From an uncultured Cryomorphaceae bacterium (GTDB lineage Bacteria; Bacteroidota; Bacteroidia; Flavobacteriales; UBA7430): DNA of 64,000 nt. This document shows positions 30,560-40,000 of the stretch, piece by piece (position 1 is the stretch's first letter; every line of letters begins with the position of its first letter). The DNA is taken from positions 2,916-66,915 of the forward strand of contig CACDER010000002.1 in the NCBI GenBank assembly GCA_902551855.1. Reading direction: 5' to 3'. The translations under genes were made by a program, and so were the position numbers. Below the pieces are notes generated by a model. It was not told where the DNA came from. It saw only the letters and a list, made by a program, of their open reading frames with translations, and searched no databases.

Positions 30560-30567
30560 CAAATTTA
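30560..30567 (-). promoter_or_regulatory. match to Bacteroidota -7 box TAnnTTTG (TAAATTTG) upstream of tRNA-Leu
   Basis: The minus strand reads TAAATTTG, ending 21 nt upstream of the mature tRNA 5' end. There is no well-spaced -33 element. Confidence 0.3.
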
Positions 30568-30643
30568 TCAATATTTTCAAAAATTCTAATTTAATAAATA
30601 AATTAATTAATTTTAAAATTTTAAAACAATAAAATAATAATTA

Positions 30644-31555
30644 ATGAAGTTAACAATTAAGCCTGAAAATATACGTCCCCAAGAATTGCATAAACTTTTA
30701 TTAAATTTCATTGGACCAAGACCAATTGCTCTGGTAAGTTCAATTAATAATAAACAGGAAGAAAACCTGAGTCCTTTCTCATATTTTAATATTTTTAGTA
30801 TTAATCCCCCAATTTTGATTTTTTCTCCACTGAAAAGACTTAGAAATAATTCGGAAAAAGATACTTTAAGAAATGTTAAAGAAGTTAAAGAGGTAGTAAT
30901 TAACATAGTTAATTATAAAATTGTGGAACAAACATCATTTTCAAGTACAGAATTTGATGCAAATATCAATGAGTTCATTAAATCAGGACTTACTCCAATA
31001 AAGTCTGATATTGTAAAACCTTCCAGAGTTAAAGAATCCCCCGTACAAATTGAATGTTTAGTTAACGATATCGTTTCACTTGGAGATGAGGGTGGAGCAG
31101 GTAATCTTGTAATTTGTAAAATTTTAAAAATACATTTCGATGAAAATTTAACCATTAATTCTGATAAAAAAAAAATCAATCTATCTAAAATTGACTTAGT
31201 TGGAAGAATGGGAGGAAATTGGTATTCTAGAAATACAAGAGAATCTTTATTTGAAATTCAAAAACCAAATAAAAAAATTGGAATTGGATTTGATAATATC
31301 CCGCAAAGAATTTTAATGAGCTACATACTTTCTGGCAACGATTTAGCAAAATTAGCTAATATTGAAAAACTTCCTCATGCAAATTCTATTGAAAAATTTA
31401 AAACTAATTCAAAAATTATTGATATATTGAATTCATCATCTAATGATGAAGAAATAAGAGAAAAACTTCACTATTATGCAAAGGAATTATTAAATGAAAA
31501 TGAAACTTTTGATGCATGGTGTACATTACTAATTGATAAACTAAATAGAATATAA
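30644..31555 (+). CDS. flavin reductase-like (FMN-binding split-barrel) domain protein with C-terminal extension
   Basis: The N-terminal roughly 200 aa carry 'RPIALVSS...NLSPFSYFN', typical of flavin-reductase-like domains. An extra helical C-terminal region of about 100 aa follows. Confidence 0.65.
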   Translation: MKLTIKPENIRPQELHKLLLNFIGPRPIALVSSINNKQEENLSPFSYFNIFSINPPILIFSPLKRLRNNSEKDTLRNVKEVKEVVINIVNYKIVEQTSFSSTEFDANINEFIKSGLTPIKSDIVKPSRVKESPVQIECLVNDIVSLGDEGGAGNLVICKILKIHFDENLTINSDKKKINLSKIDLVGRMGGNWYSRNTRESLFEIQKPNKKIGIGFDNIPQRILMSYILSGNDLAKLANIEKLPHANSIEKFKTNSKIIDILNSSSNDEEIREKLHYYAKELLNENETFDAWCTLLIDKLNRI

Positions 31556-31556
31556 A

Positions 31557-31946
31557 ATGAGTAACTTATCTACAGAAGGGAAATTAAAAAGAATCCATGA
31601 AGAACAAATAATTAATGAAAGGTTTAAAAAAAGAGAATTTGTGATTGAAACTGAAGAGCAATATTCTCAAACTTTGATTTTTCAATTAGTTCAAGACAAA
31701 ACTAATATAATTGATAATTTTAAAATAGGGGATAAAATTGAAGTATACTTTAATTTAAGGGGGAGAGAATGGCAACGAGATACAGATTCTGAAATCAGAG
31801 TTTTTAATACTTTAGATGCATGGAGAATTGAAAAGTTAACTGAAAATGATTCAATTACTTCTGAAGTCAATGATCAAAATATTGATGCAGCTACTAAAAG
31901 TGAAAATATTTTAAAAGATGAAGATGAAGATGATTTACCTTTTTAA
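31557..31946 (+). CDS. DUF3127-family protein with SSB-like acidic C-terminal tip
   Basis: The core 'FKKREFVIETEEQYSQTLIFQLVQDK...GDKIEVYFNLRGREW...FNTLDAWRIEK' fits the DUF3127 pattern. A low-complexity linker follows, and the C-terminus is 'KDEDEDDLPF'. Confidence 0.75.
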   Translation: MSNLSTEGKLKRIHEEQIINERFKKREFVIETEEQYSQTLIFQLVQDKTNIIDNFKIGDKIEVYFNLRGREWQRDTDSEIRVFNTLDAWRIEKLTENDSITSEVNDQNIDAATKSENILKDEDEDDLPF

Positions 31947-31965
31947 TTAGTACTTTCAAAAAAAA

Positions 31966-33351
31966 ATGAAAATTATTAATTTTATTGAAAAACTTTTTAA
32001 TAAAATACTACCAAGTCCTTTTTCAATTGGAATTTTTTTAACTGTTATATCGATAATTTTATCTACATTTTTCTACAACGGAAATTCTTCTTTAAAAACT
32101 AATTTTAAATTAACAATTAAAAATTGGGAAAACGGAATGTGGGATCCACCTCTGCTAGTTTTTTGTTTTCAAATGATGTTAATGCTAATCTTAGGATACT
32201 CTTTAGCAAAATGTAAATTAATAGAAAAATTAATTTCTAAAATTTCAATTATTTGTTATAACAACTCATCATCTTGTTTTTATGTTTGTTTTTTTTCCAT
32301 ACTCATAAGCTACTTAAATTGGGGACTTGGATTAATATTTGGAGCAATTTTTGTAAAAAAAATTGGAGAATCTGCATCAAAAAATAATATTTTAATTAAT
32401 TACCCACTAATTGGGGCGTGTGGGTACTCTGGTTTATTAGTTTGGCATGGAGGGTTATCAGGTTCTGCACCAATAAAGGCAGCTGAAAATAATCACTTGG
32501 TAGATATAATGAGTGGTGTTCGAGATAATTATCAAATTATGAATTTGCCCAGTAAAATTCCGTTAGAAGACACAATATTTTCTTCTATGAATATATTTGT
32601 TTCAATATTAACATTAACCATAATTCCTTTTTCGGTATTGATTTTAAGTAAATATGTAAAATTAAAAAAATATAATTTTAAAAATATTAATGAAATTGAA
32701 AAAAAAATTAATATATCTAATATTCACGGATTTGATAAATCTAGATTAATTTCCAAAATAATGGGTTTTTTAATTATCTCTGTTTCAACCTATAATTCAA
32801 TAGATTACCTTAAGATTAATTCATTAGATTTTATCAAACCTAATTTTATAAACTTTACACTTTTAGGATTATGTATATTTTTTCATAATAACTTTTACTG
32901 TTTTTTAAAATCTATTGAAAGTGGTATAAAAAGCTGTTCTGGTATAATTATTCAATTTCCCTTATACTTTGGGATTATGGGTATAATGAAGTTTTCAGGA
33001 CTAATTTCATTATTTTCAAATTTTTTTGTATCAGTTTCATCTGCTTTTACTTTCCCTTTTTATACTTTTCTTAGTGCTGCCATTATTAATATTTTCATAC
33101 CTAGTGGAGGAGGGCAATGGGCGATTCAAGGACCAATAATTATTGAAACTGCAAATCAATTAAATATTAGTATGTCAAAGTGTATTATGGCTCTTGCCTA
33201 TGGAGATCAAGTTTCTAACATGCTACAACCATTCTGGGCTTTACCTTTATTGGGTATTACAGGTTTAAAAGCAAAAGAGATTCTTCCTTACAGTCTATTT
33301 TTAATGATAATAGGCTCAATTATTTTTTTATTTGGCTTAATGATTTATTAA
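31966..33351 (+). CDS. atoE: short-chain fatty acid transporter (AtoE family)
   Basis: Strong similarity to E. coli AtoE blocks as I recall them: 'INWGLGLIFGAIF', 'IIQFPLYFGIMG', 'IPSGGGQWAIQGP' and 'ALAYGDQVSNMLQPFWALPLLGI'. Confidence 0.8.
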   Translation: MKIINFIEKLFNKILPSPFSIGIFLTVISIILSTFFYNGNSSLKTNFKLTIKNWENGMWDPPLLVFCFQMMLMLILGYSLAKCKLIEKLISKISIICYNNSSSCFYVCFFSILISYLNWGLGLIFGAIFVKKIGESASKNNILINYPLIGACGYSGLLVWHGGLSGSAPIKAAENNHLVDIMSGVRDNYQIMNLPSKIPLEDTIFSSMNIFVSILTLTIIPFSVLILSKYVKLKKYNFKNINEIEKKINISNIHGFDKSRLISKIMGFLIISVSTYNSIDYLKINSLDFIKPNFINFTLLGLCIFFHNNFYCFLKSIESGIKSCSGIIIQFPLYFGIMGIMKFSGLISLFSNFFVSVSSAFTFPFYTFLSAAIINIFIPSGGGQWAIQGPIIIETANQLNISMSKCIMALAYGDQVSNMLQPFWALPLLGITGLKAKEILPYSLFLMIIGSIIFLFGLMIY

Positions 33352-33359
33352 GTTATATT

Positions 33360-34388
33360 TTAATTTTCAGATCTATCTATTATATTTCCCAAATTCATAA
33401 ATGCAAATACTAGTATAATAATTAAAATTCCTGGGAACAGAGCTAGGTAGAATTTATCTAAAATAATATATGTATAATGATCTTTCACTATCCCACCCCA
33501 TGAAGGTGTTGGGGGTTGAACTCCAATACCCAAAAAACTCAGTCCTGATTCAAGTAGTATTGCTGATGCGAAATTTGAAGCTGAGATAATATAGATAGGA
33601 TTTATAATATTTGGCAAAATATGTTTGAACATTATCCTCAAATCATTAAATCCTATTACTCTAGCAGACTTAATATATTCAACTTCTGTTATACTAATTG
33701 CTTGACCTCTTACAACTCTGGCTATCTCTACCCACATTGTAAGTCCAACAGCTATAAAAACTTGCCAGTAACCTTTTCCTAATGCTAAGGTAATAGCAAT
33801 GACCATTAAAAGGGTTGGTATGGACCAAATAATATTTATAAACCAAAGAATAATTTTATCAATTATACCCCCGTAATAGCCTGAAAGTAACCCTAATGGG
33901 ACTCCTATTATTAAAGAAATGAAAACAGAGATAAATCCAACTGAAAATGAAATTCTAGTAGCTAAAATAAGTCTACTTAAAAGATCTCTGCCATATTTAT
34001 CTGTTCCTAAGTAAAAAAATTTTTTGAAAATATAGCCAGAATGATTTGAATATAAACTTTTCAAACTTAATTTTTTATAAAATCCAGAATCATAAGTCAA
34101 GAAGCTAATAGTGTCATTTTGAATACTAAAATCTTTTATAGGAATTGAATAATATTTTTTTTCCTCACCAAATAATATTATTTTAAAAAAGGAGTTTTCA
34201 ATACTTTTATTTTTTTTTACACGAAGAAAATCTATTTTAGTATTTGGATAAAGTGTGGATAATTCTAAATGCATTTCATTAGCATTTTTTGAATTGTCTG
34301 GAGCAATTAAATAGCCAAATATTGAAAAAAAAATTGCACAAAAAATTATAAATAAAGTTAAACAAAAAGTTGTGTTGATTTTTATCAA
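33360..34388 (-). CDS. ABC transporter permease, OppC/DppC-like (orphan in this window)
   Basis: 'LGTDKYGRDLLSRL' and the EAA-loop region 'ESGLSFLGIGVQPPTPSWG'. A long loop follows TM1. The start is TTG. Confidence 0.8.
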   Translation of the reverse strand: MIKINTTFCLTLFIIFCAIFFSIFGYLIAPDNSKNANEMHLELSTLYPNTKIDFLRVKKNKSIENSFFKIILFGEEKKYYSIPIKDFSIQNDTISFLTYDSGFYKKLSLKSLYSNHSGYIFKKFFYLGTDKYGRDLLSRLILATRISFSVGFISVFISLIIGVPLGLLSGYYGGIIDKIILWFINIIWSIPTLLMVIAITLALGKGYWQVFIAVGLTMWVEIARVVRGQAISITEVEYIKSARVIGFNDLRIMFKHILPNIINPIYIISASNFASAILLESGLSFLGIGVQPPTPSWGGIVKDHYTYIILDKFYLALFPGILIIILVFAFMNLGNIIDRSEN

Positions 34389-34446
34389 AACAATGAAATT
34401 AAATTTATAATATTTATTTAAAATTTTATAAAACTACTAATTATTA

Positions 34447-35001
34447 ATGATTGAAAAAAAAAATAAAACAATCTTAGGTATTGATCCAGGAAGCAATTTT
34501 ATGGGATTTGGAATAATTGAATATAACAAACAAAATTTAAAATTGATTTTCTATGATGTCCTAATAATAAATAAAAACAACAATCAATTTAAAAAATTAA
34601 AAGTTATTTTTGATTATTGTATTAATATTATTGAAAAATATAATCCTGATGAAATTTCTTTAGAATCTACTTTCTTCGGTAAAAATGTTCAATCGATGAT
34701 TAAATTAGGTAGAGCTCAAGGAATTGCTATTTCTGCAGGGATTTATAAAAATATTCCTATTTTTGAATATGCACCTTTAAAAATAAAAAAAGCTCTAACA
34801 GGAAGAGGGTCATCGAGTAAAGAACAAGTTGCAAAAATGGTCATGAGATTTTTAAATACTGAAATTAAATATAAATATATAGATTGTATGGATGCTCTGG
34901 CTGTTGCAATATGTCATAGTATGCAAAATAATTTATTGTTAGAAAGAAGTTATTCGTCATGGAAAGACTTTTTGAATAAAAAAAATATAAATACGAAGTA
35001 A
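34447..35001 (+). CDS. ruvC: crossover junction endodeoxyribonuclease RuvC
   Basis: 'ILGIDPGSNFMGFGII' carries the catalytic Asp. 'MDALAVAICH' is also present. 184 aa. Confidence 0.9.
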   Translation: MIEKKNKTILGIDPGSNFMGFGIIEYNKQNLKLIFYDVLIINKNNNQFKKLKVIFDYCINIIEKYNPDEISLESTFFGKNVQSMIKLGRAQGIAISAGIYKNIPIFEYAPLKIKKALTGRGSSSKEQVAKMVMRFLNTEIKYKYIDCMDALAVAICHSMQNNLLLERSYSSWKDFLNKKNINTK

Positions 35002-35004
35002 TTG

Positions 35005-35397
35005 TTATAATTTTGATTTAATTAATTGTCTAATTTTTTCTAATTCAAGGTTGTCAATTTTTAGACGTTTTTTTGAGAAATTAATATCACTTATTTTGTT
35101 TAAAGGTACAAGGTGGACGTGTGCGTGAGGGACTTCTAAACCCACAACTGCAATTCCAATTCTTTTACATTTAACTGCTTTTTTAATACCAAAGGAAATT
35201 TTTTTTGCAAATAAAAATAAATTTGAATAACTAGGCTCATTTAAATCAAAAATTAAATCAACTTCTTTTTTTGGAACAACTAAAGTATGACCATACGATA
35301 TTGGGGAAATATCAAGAAATGCTATATTGAAATCATCTTCATGAATTATGAATCCGGGTAAATCTTTATTAATAATTTTACTAAATATGGTTGACAT
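35005..35397 (-). CDS. HIT-family (histidine triad) nucleotide hydrolase
   Basis: 'HAHVHLVP' triad. 130 aa. It has a TAATG overlap with the greA stop. Confidence 0.88.
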   Translation of the reverse strand: MSTIFSKIINKDLPGFIIHEDDFNIAFLDISPISYGHTLVVPKKEVDLIFDLNEPSYSNLFLFAKKISFGIKKAVKCKRIGIAVVGLEVPHAHVHLVPLNKISDINFSKKRLKIDNLELEKIRQLIKSKL

Positions 35398-35870
35398 TAT
35401 CTTGAAATATTTAATATTTTAAATTTAATCTTACCAGCAGGGACTATTATTTCACAAGTTTCTCCAACTTTTTTACCAAGTAACCCTTTACCAATTGGTG
35501 AATTAATTGAAATCTTGCCTTTTTTAAAATCTGCTTCAGTTTCTGCAACCAAGGTATAGGTAATTATATTATTGTTATTTAAATTCTTGATTTTGACTTT
35601 ACTAAGAACTAGAACTTTATCTGAATCAAGTTGTGACTGGTCTATGACTCTAGCTCCAGAATACATTTCCTCTAGCTTAGCAATTTTCATTTCTAATAAA
35701 CCTTGTGCTTCTTTTGCAGCATCATATTCAGCATTTTCTGATAAATCACCTTTATCCCTTGCATCAGAAATTTGCTGAGATATATTTGGTCTTTCAACAA
35801 ATTTTAAGTGATCTAATTCTTTTTTAAGTTTTTTTAGACCTTCTTCTGTATAGTAAGATATTTTAGACAT
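35397..35870 (-). CDS. greA: transcription elongation factor GreA
   Basis: 'ARDKGDLSENAEYDAAKEAQ' coiled-coil finger plus a C-terminal FKBP-like domain. 157 aa. Confidence 0.92.
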   Translation of the reverse strand: MSKISYYTEEGLKKLKKELDHLKFVERPNISQQISDARDKGDLSENAEYDAAKEAQGLLEMKIAKLEEMYSGARVIDQSQLDSDKVLVLSKVKIKNLNNNNIITYTLVAETEADFKKGKISINSPIGKGLLGKKVGETCEIIVPAGKIKFKILNISR

Positions 35871-35939
35871 AATAATAATTTTAACTTATAAAATTCAAAA
35901 AATTAATAAAAATTACTAATAAATTTAAAAAAAGCTTGT

Positions 35940-37013
35940 TTACAAAGCTAATCTTACACCGATTGAATTGGGAGAAGATAATGGATTTGCCATTCTATAT
36001 GAATAATCTAATCCAAAAGAAGAATCATCACTTAAAGGAATTTCAAATGATAATCCGAAATTTAATCCGGTAAATGCAGTTGCCCTACCTCTATTAAATT
36101 CTTTATTAATTCCTTCTTCATAAACATAACCTGATCTTAACATAAATAAAGATTTATAATTATATTCAAATCCTAGTCCAAATTGATCTTTTGAAAAAGA
36201 GTTAGATGTAAAACTTGAAGCTAATGTAACTGAATGTTCAGAGTCTAGTGTAAAATCATATGAAGCTCCAATATTTAGAGATGAAGGAATTTCAAAGGAT
36301 TCTACTCTTAAATCATAAGTCATGGCATAATTTTGACCGTGAGAAGTAGTATTTTCGTTTCTTACATCATTTCCATCACCAGAATATTGCATTTTTGGGC
36401 CAACGTTCTTAAGAACAATACCAAATTTAATTTGTCTTTTGTCTCCAGTAACATATTGAACCCCAGCATCAATTGCAACTCCAGATGCCTTCAGATCTGA
36501 TATACTCTCTGATATCATTCTTACTGTTGAACCACATGAAATATTATCGGTAAACTTTTTTGCATATGAGAAACCTATATTTATGTAGGATGGTGAATAA
36601 AATGCTCCGGTTCCTTCTGGTTGTTCTGTTGTAGTTATCTCAATTTCTCCAAATGCCATTGACATAACTGATAATCCAATTACAGTTTGATTATCAAGTG
36701 ATTTAGCAAATCCAAAAGCGTTAATGTTTATATCAGAAAACCAATTAGTTGAGGAGAAGATTAGTTCAGTATTTGATGTACCTGTTAAACCGGCTACATT
36801 CAGATATGTGGACTCCAAACCACTTACATTAGCAATATTTATGCTACCCCAACCTGATGACCTAGCCCATGGATTAATTAATAGTTCTGTTGCTCCAGCT
36901 TGTCCTGATCTTTGTTCATTTCCTGCTAAAACATTTGAAGAATAATTTAAGACTATAAACAATATAGAAAAAATTATATAGGTTTTATTTTTATTGATAA
37001 TATTTTTATTCAT
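35940..37013 (-). CDS. PorV/PorQ/FadL-superfamily outer-membrane beta-barrel protein (PorV paralogue-like)
   Basis: After a signal peptide, the N-terminal hallmark 'QAGATELLINPWARSSGWGSINIANVSGLESTYLNVAGL' follows the pattern G.A..L.I.p.AR..g.G...A...g.....N.AGL. The rest is amphipathic strands throughout. It lies 27 nt downstream of the 1340-aa gene. Confidence 0.6.
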   Translation of the reverse strand: MNKNIINKNKTYIIFSILFIVLNYSSNVLAGNEQRSGQAGATELLINPWARSSGWGSINIANVSGLESTYLNVAGLTGTSNTELIFSSTNWFSDININAFGFAKSLDNQTVIGLSVMSMAFGEIEITTTEQPEGTGAFYSPSYINIGFSYAKKFTDNISCGSTVRMISESISDLKASGVAIDAGVQYVTGDKRQIKFGIVLKNVGPKMQYSGDGNDVRNENTTSHGQNYAMTYDLRVESFEIPSSLNIGASYDFTLDSEHSVTLASSFTSNSFSKDQFGLGFEYNYKSLFMLRSGYVYEEGINKEFNRGRATAFTGLNFGLSFEIPLSDDSSFGLDYSYRMANPLSSPNSIGVRLAL

Positions 37014-37040
37014 ATGAAAGTTAAACTAAATATGTTAATA

Positions 37041-40000
37041 TTAAAATGAATCTAAGTCAATAGGACGTAAAGCTCCAAACCACTTTAAAACCTTTTGACC
37101 TAAATCACCAGCATCAATGTGAACTATATATACTCCTGAAGCTATAGCCACATTGTCATTATTTTTTAAATCCCAGTCCCACCCAGTAACATTTATATCA
37201 CTATCTAAACTTACTTGTCTAATTAAGGTTCCTGATACATTGTAAATAGAAATATTGCATTTTGTGGGCAAATTAGTTATTCTAACTCTTTGATCTACTT
37301 GATCCTTTTCATAATTATTTGAACCATAGTATGGATTTGGTACTATTTTTATAAGATCTAAAGCATTCTTTGCTACTTTATTGTTATTGGTGATAGTTTG
37401 TATATCATTCGTATTAAACTTTAAATGAATATTACCAGAATTTTCAGAAACAACAGATGATTCACATTGTGAGTCATCCATCTGATATTGGTCATATTCA
37501 GTAGAAACTCTAATTTTAACCTCTATTTCTCCATCCGAAATAGTTGCATTTGTTGATGATAACATTGGTATTGAAACCCATCTTGCATCCCTAAAAACTC
37601 TTTTTTTGGAGATAGCTGATGTCATATTTGTTAAGTCATTATAAAATGGGTGATTTTGAGGACTATCACCAGCATATGGACTTCCCATTATGTAGGTGTA
37701 GTGCCTACCACCAAAAATAACATCATATTCAGCATCAGAGCCACTGAATTCACTAAAAAAAGCACCAAACTGATCACCTGAATCAACTCTTGAAGATGGA
37801 TTCCATAACATGTCATCTCCATTATCATTTGGATGATCTGAAGACTCTCCAAACATTATATTTAACCTAATCCCTTTATCTAAATCTATAGCATATCCAG
37901 GAAACCAGGAGAATCCATTTGTACCACTATTATCAGGATTACCAAATTTATCGACTGACGGATTTGACTTCAAACTTAATCTATCATCAACAGTCGCAGT
38001 TTCAATAACCGGACATCTTGTCCACAAAGATTTATCCTCCGTAAAGACTATATCTACTGAAGTTAGATAATCTAATCTACTTTGGAACTGAGCACCTGGA
38101 GCATTATATACAGGTGAGTGAGCAAACGGCTTTTCTTCAGAGTCAGCTCCTACCAAACGATAGGGAGCCCAAACTCCATTTAATATTTTTTCAAATGACT
38201 GACTGTCATCAATTCCAATAAAATCTGTTGAATCAGTTCCTGATCTTATCCAGTTTTCAGGGTAAATAAACCAATCACCAGTTTGGGTTTGAAAAAAATC
38301 TTCGCTATCGTTAATATAATCTAACCAAGATGTTGAATTATCTTTTATTTCTACTGCACTTAAAAAACCATTATTTGAAGATACATCTGTACCATCATCT
38401 CCGGGATTAATTCCGTCTAGTAAAGTTACTGAAAGCCCCCATTCTGGGATTAACTGTTCATTTTTTACTGAAATTACTTGTTCAGAAAATACTGTATCAG
38501 ATAAGGTATTATTAACAAGGATCCATTCTGCATTGCTTCCACTTCCAATTAATTTAAATGTAAATTCTGTATTTTGAGGTACTCCTAGGGGGTCCACAAC
38601 TTTAATATTTACTGGGGCTCCATCAACTGCATATCCTGTTTCAGGTGCACAAAACTGAGTAATTAGTAAATTTTTTGTTTCATCAGAAAGTTCAAGTTCC
38701 AAACCTCCATTTCCAATCCCCTCGATTCTCTTCATATTTGGTATTGTACCATAATCAGAATTTTGAATAGTTCCACCAAATTCAGCATTAGGCTTATGCG
38801 GAATTCCTGTATATTGTTTGATATTTTTTCTTCCTGCTAGAAATGGTTTTTTTTGACCTAATAAACTTGGAGCATAAGGATCATTTGGATCAGGTACTTG
38901 GTCTGGTGAATATTCTAAAAACTCGTTGTAAGCATAGGCTATTGGTAAATAGTAATATGTTTTATTATTTATTAGAGAATTATTCCCTGAAGCAAATAAA
39001 TCTTGTAATATTGAAACACTATGGGATATACCAGAATTTGAAGCTTCAATTGTCATATTTTGGGGAACACTTGCTTGAAGTTCTTGATCAAAATAAAAAT
39101 TAGTCAACTGAGCTATTGGATCATTTCCATCTTCATCTAATGTTACTAAACCATTTGAGTTTTTAAAATTCCTTATATCACATTGAAAAATTAATCTTGC
39201 CTTTTCAACATCATAAACATCTGAAGCAGTTACTGTCTCATCTTTAAGTTGAAATATTTGGTATCCCTCAAAAGAATATTCATTACGAAATGTGTCTGTT
39301 TGAGCTTCATCATAAAAACCTAAAATATTAACTTCATCTGCTTCTAAATATGCTTCCTGATAATTATTAGAAGTGTTAGAATTCGTCAAAGTAATTATTA
39401 GTTCCTTATCTAATTCTTGAATTGTCAAATTAGGAGCATCTGGTCCATCTAAAACTTCAAAACAAACATCGAATAACTTTTGAGCCTTGTCATCAGCAAG
39501 CCTCATAAGTTCAACAGATGCAAATGCCCCTCCTTCATTTGCTCTTGCCCAAACAACTCCTGTGGTAATTGTATTTAATGCGCCTGGTTCAAGAGTAAAG
39601 GGTCCAGCAGATTGAATGAATCTTCTGTCTGCAGGGGGGTTACCTGCAGTTTGTTCAGTCCAAACATCTGAAAACTGAGGATCGGTATCCCCTGGAAACA
39701 TGTAACTACAAGGGATTCCTGATGGATCTCTACCATCTGCCCCATAGGTCATTGGTTGATTATCTAACCAAATTCCTCTTAAATAATTATAATAATCAGT
39801 AGCCACATCTGGATTACCATCAACAGTCCCATTTATATTATTATAATAAACAAATTTTGACATAATTATTTGTTCACCTGGCTCATCAATTTCACCGTCC
39901 CCATCATTATCTAATCCATCATCTTCGTCAGCCAAAGGCCCTCTAAAAAAATCAACCCCTATTGCTGGGGGATTAGAGCCATATCCAACAGCTGTTCCAT

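Noticed and set aside
30613-31179. Two consecutive minus-strand ORFs (97 and 88 aa) next to the tRNA might be a small accessory gene pair.
   Set aside because: Both are antisense to the flavin-reductase-like gene, whose N-terminal domain motifs are convincing. Neither has a motif or signal of its own.
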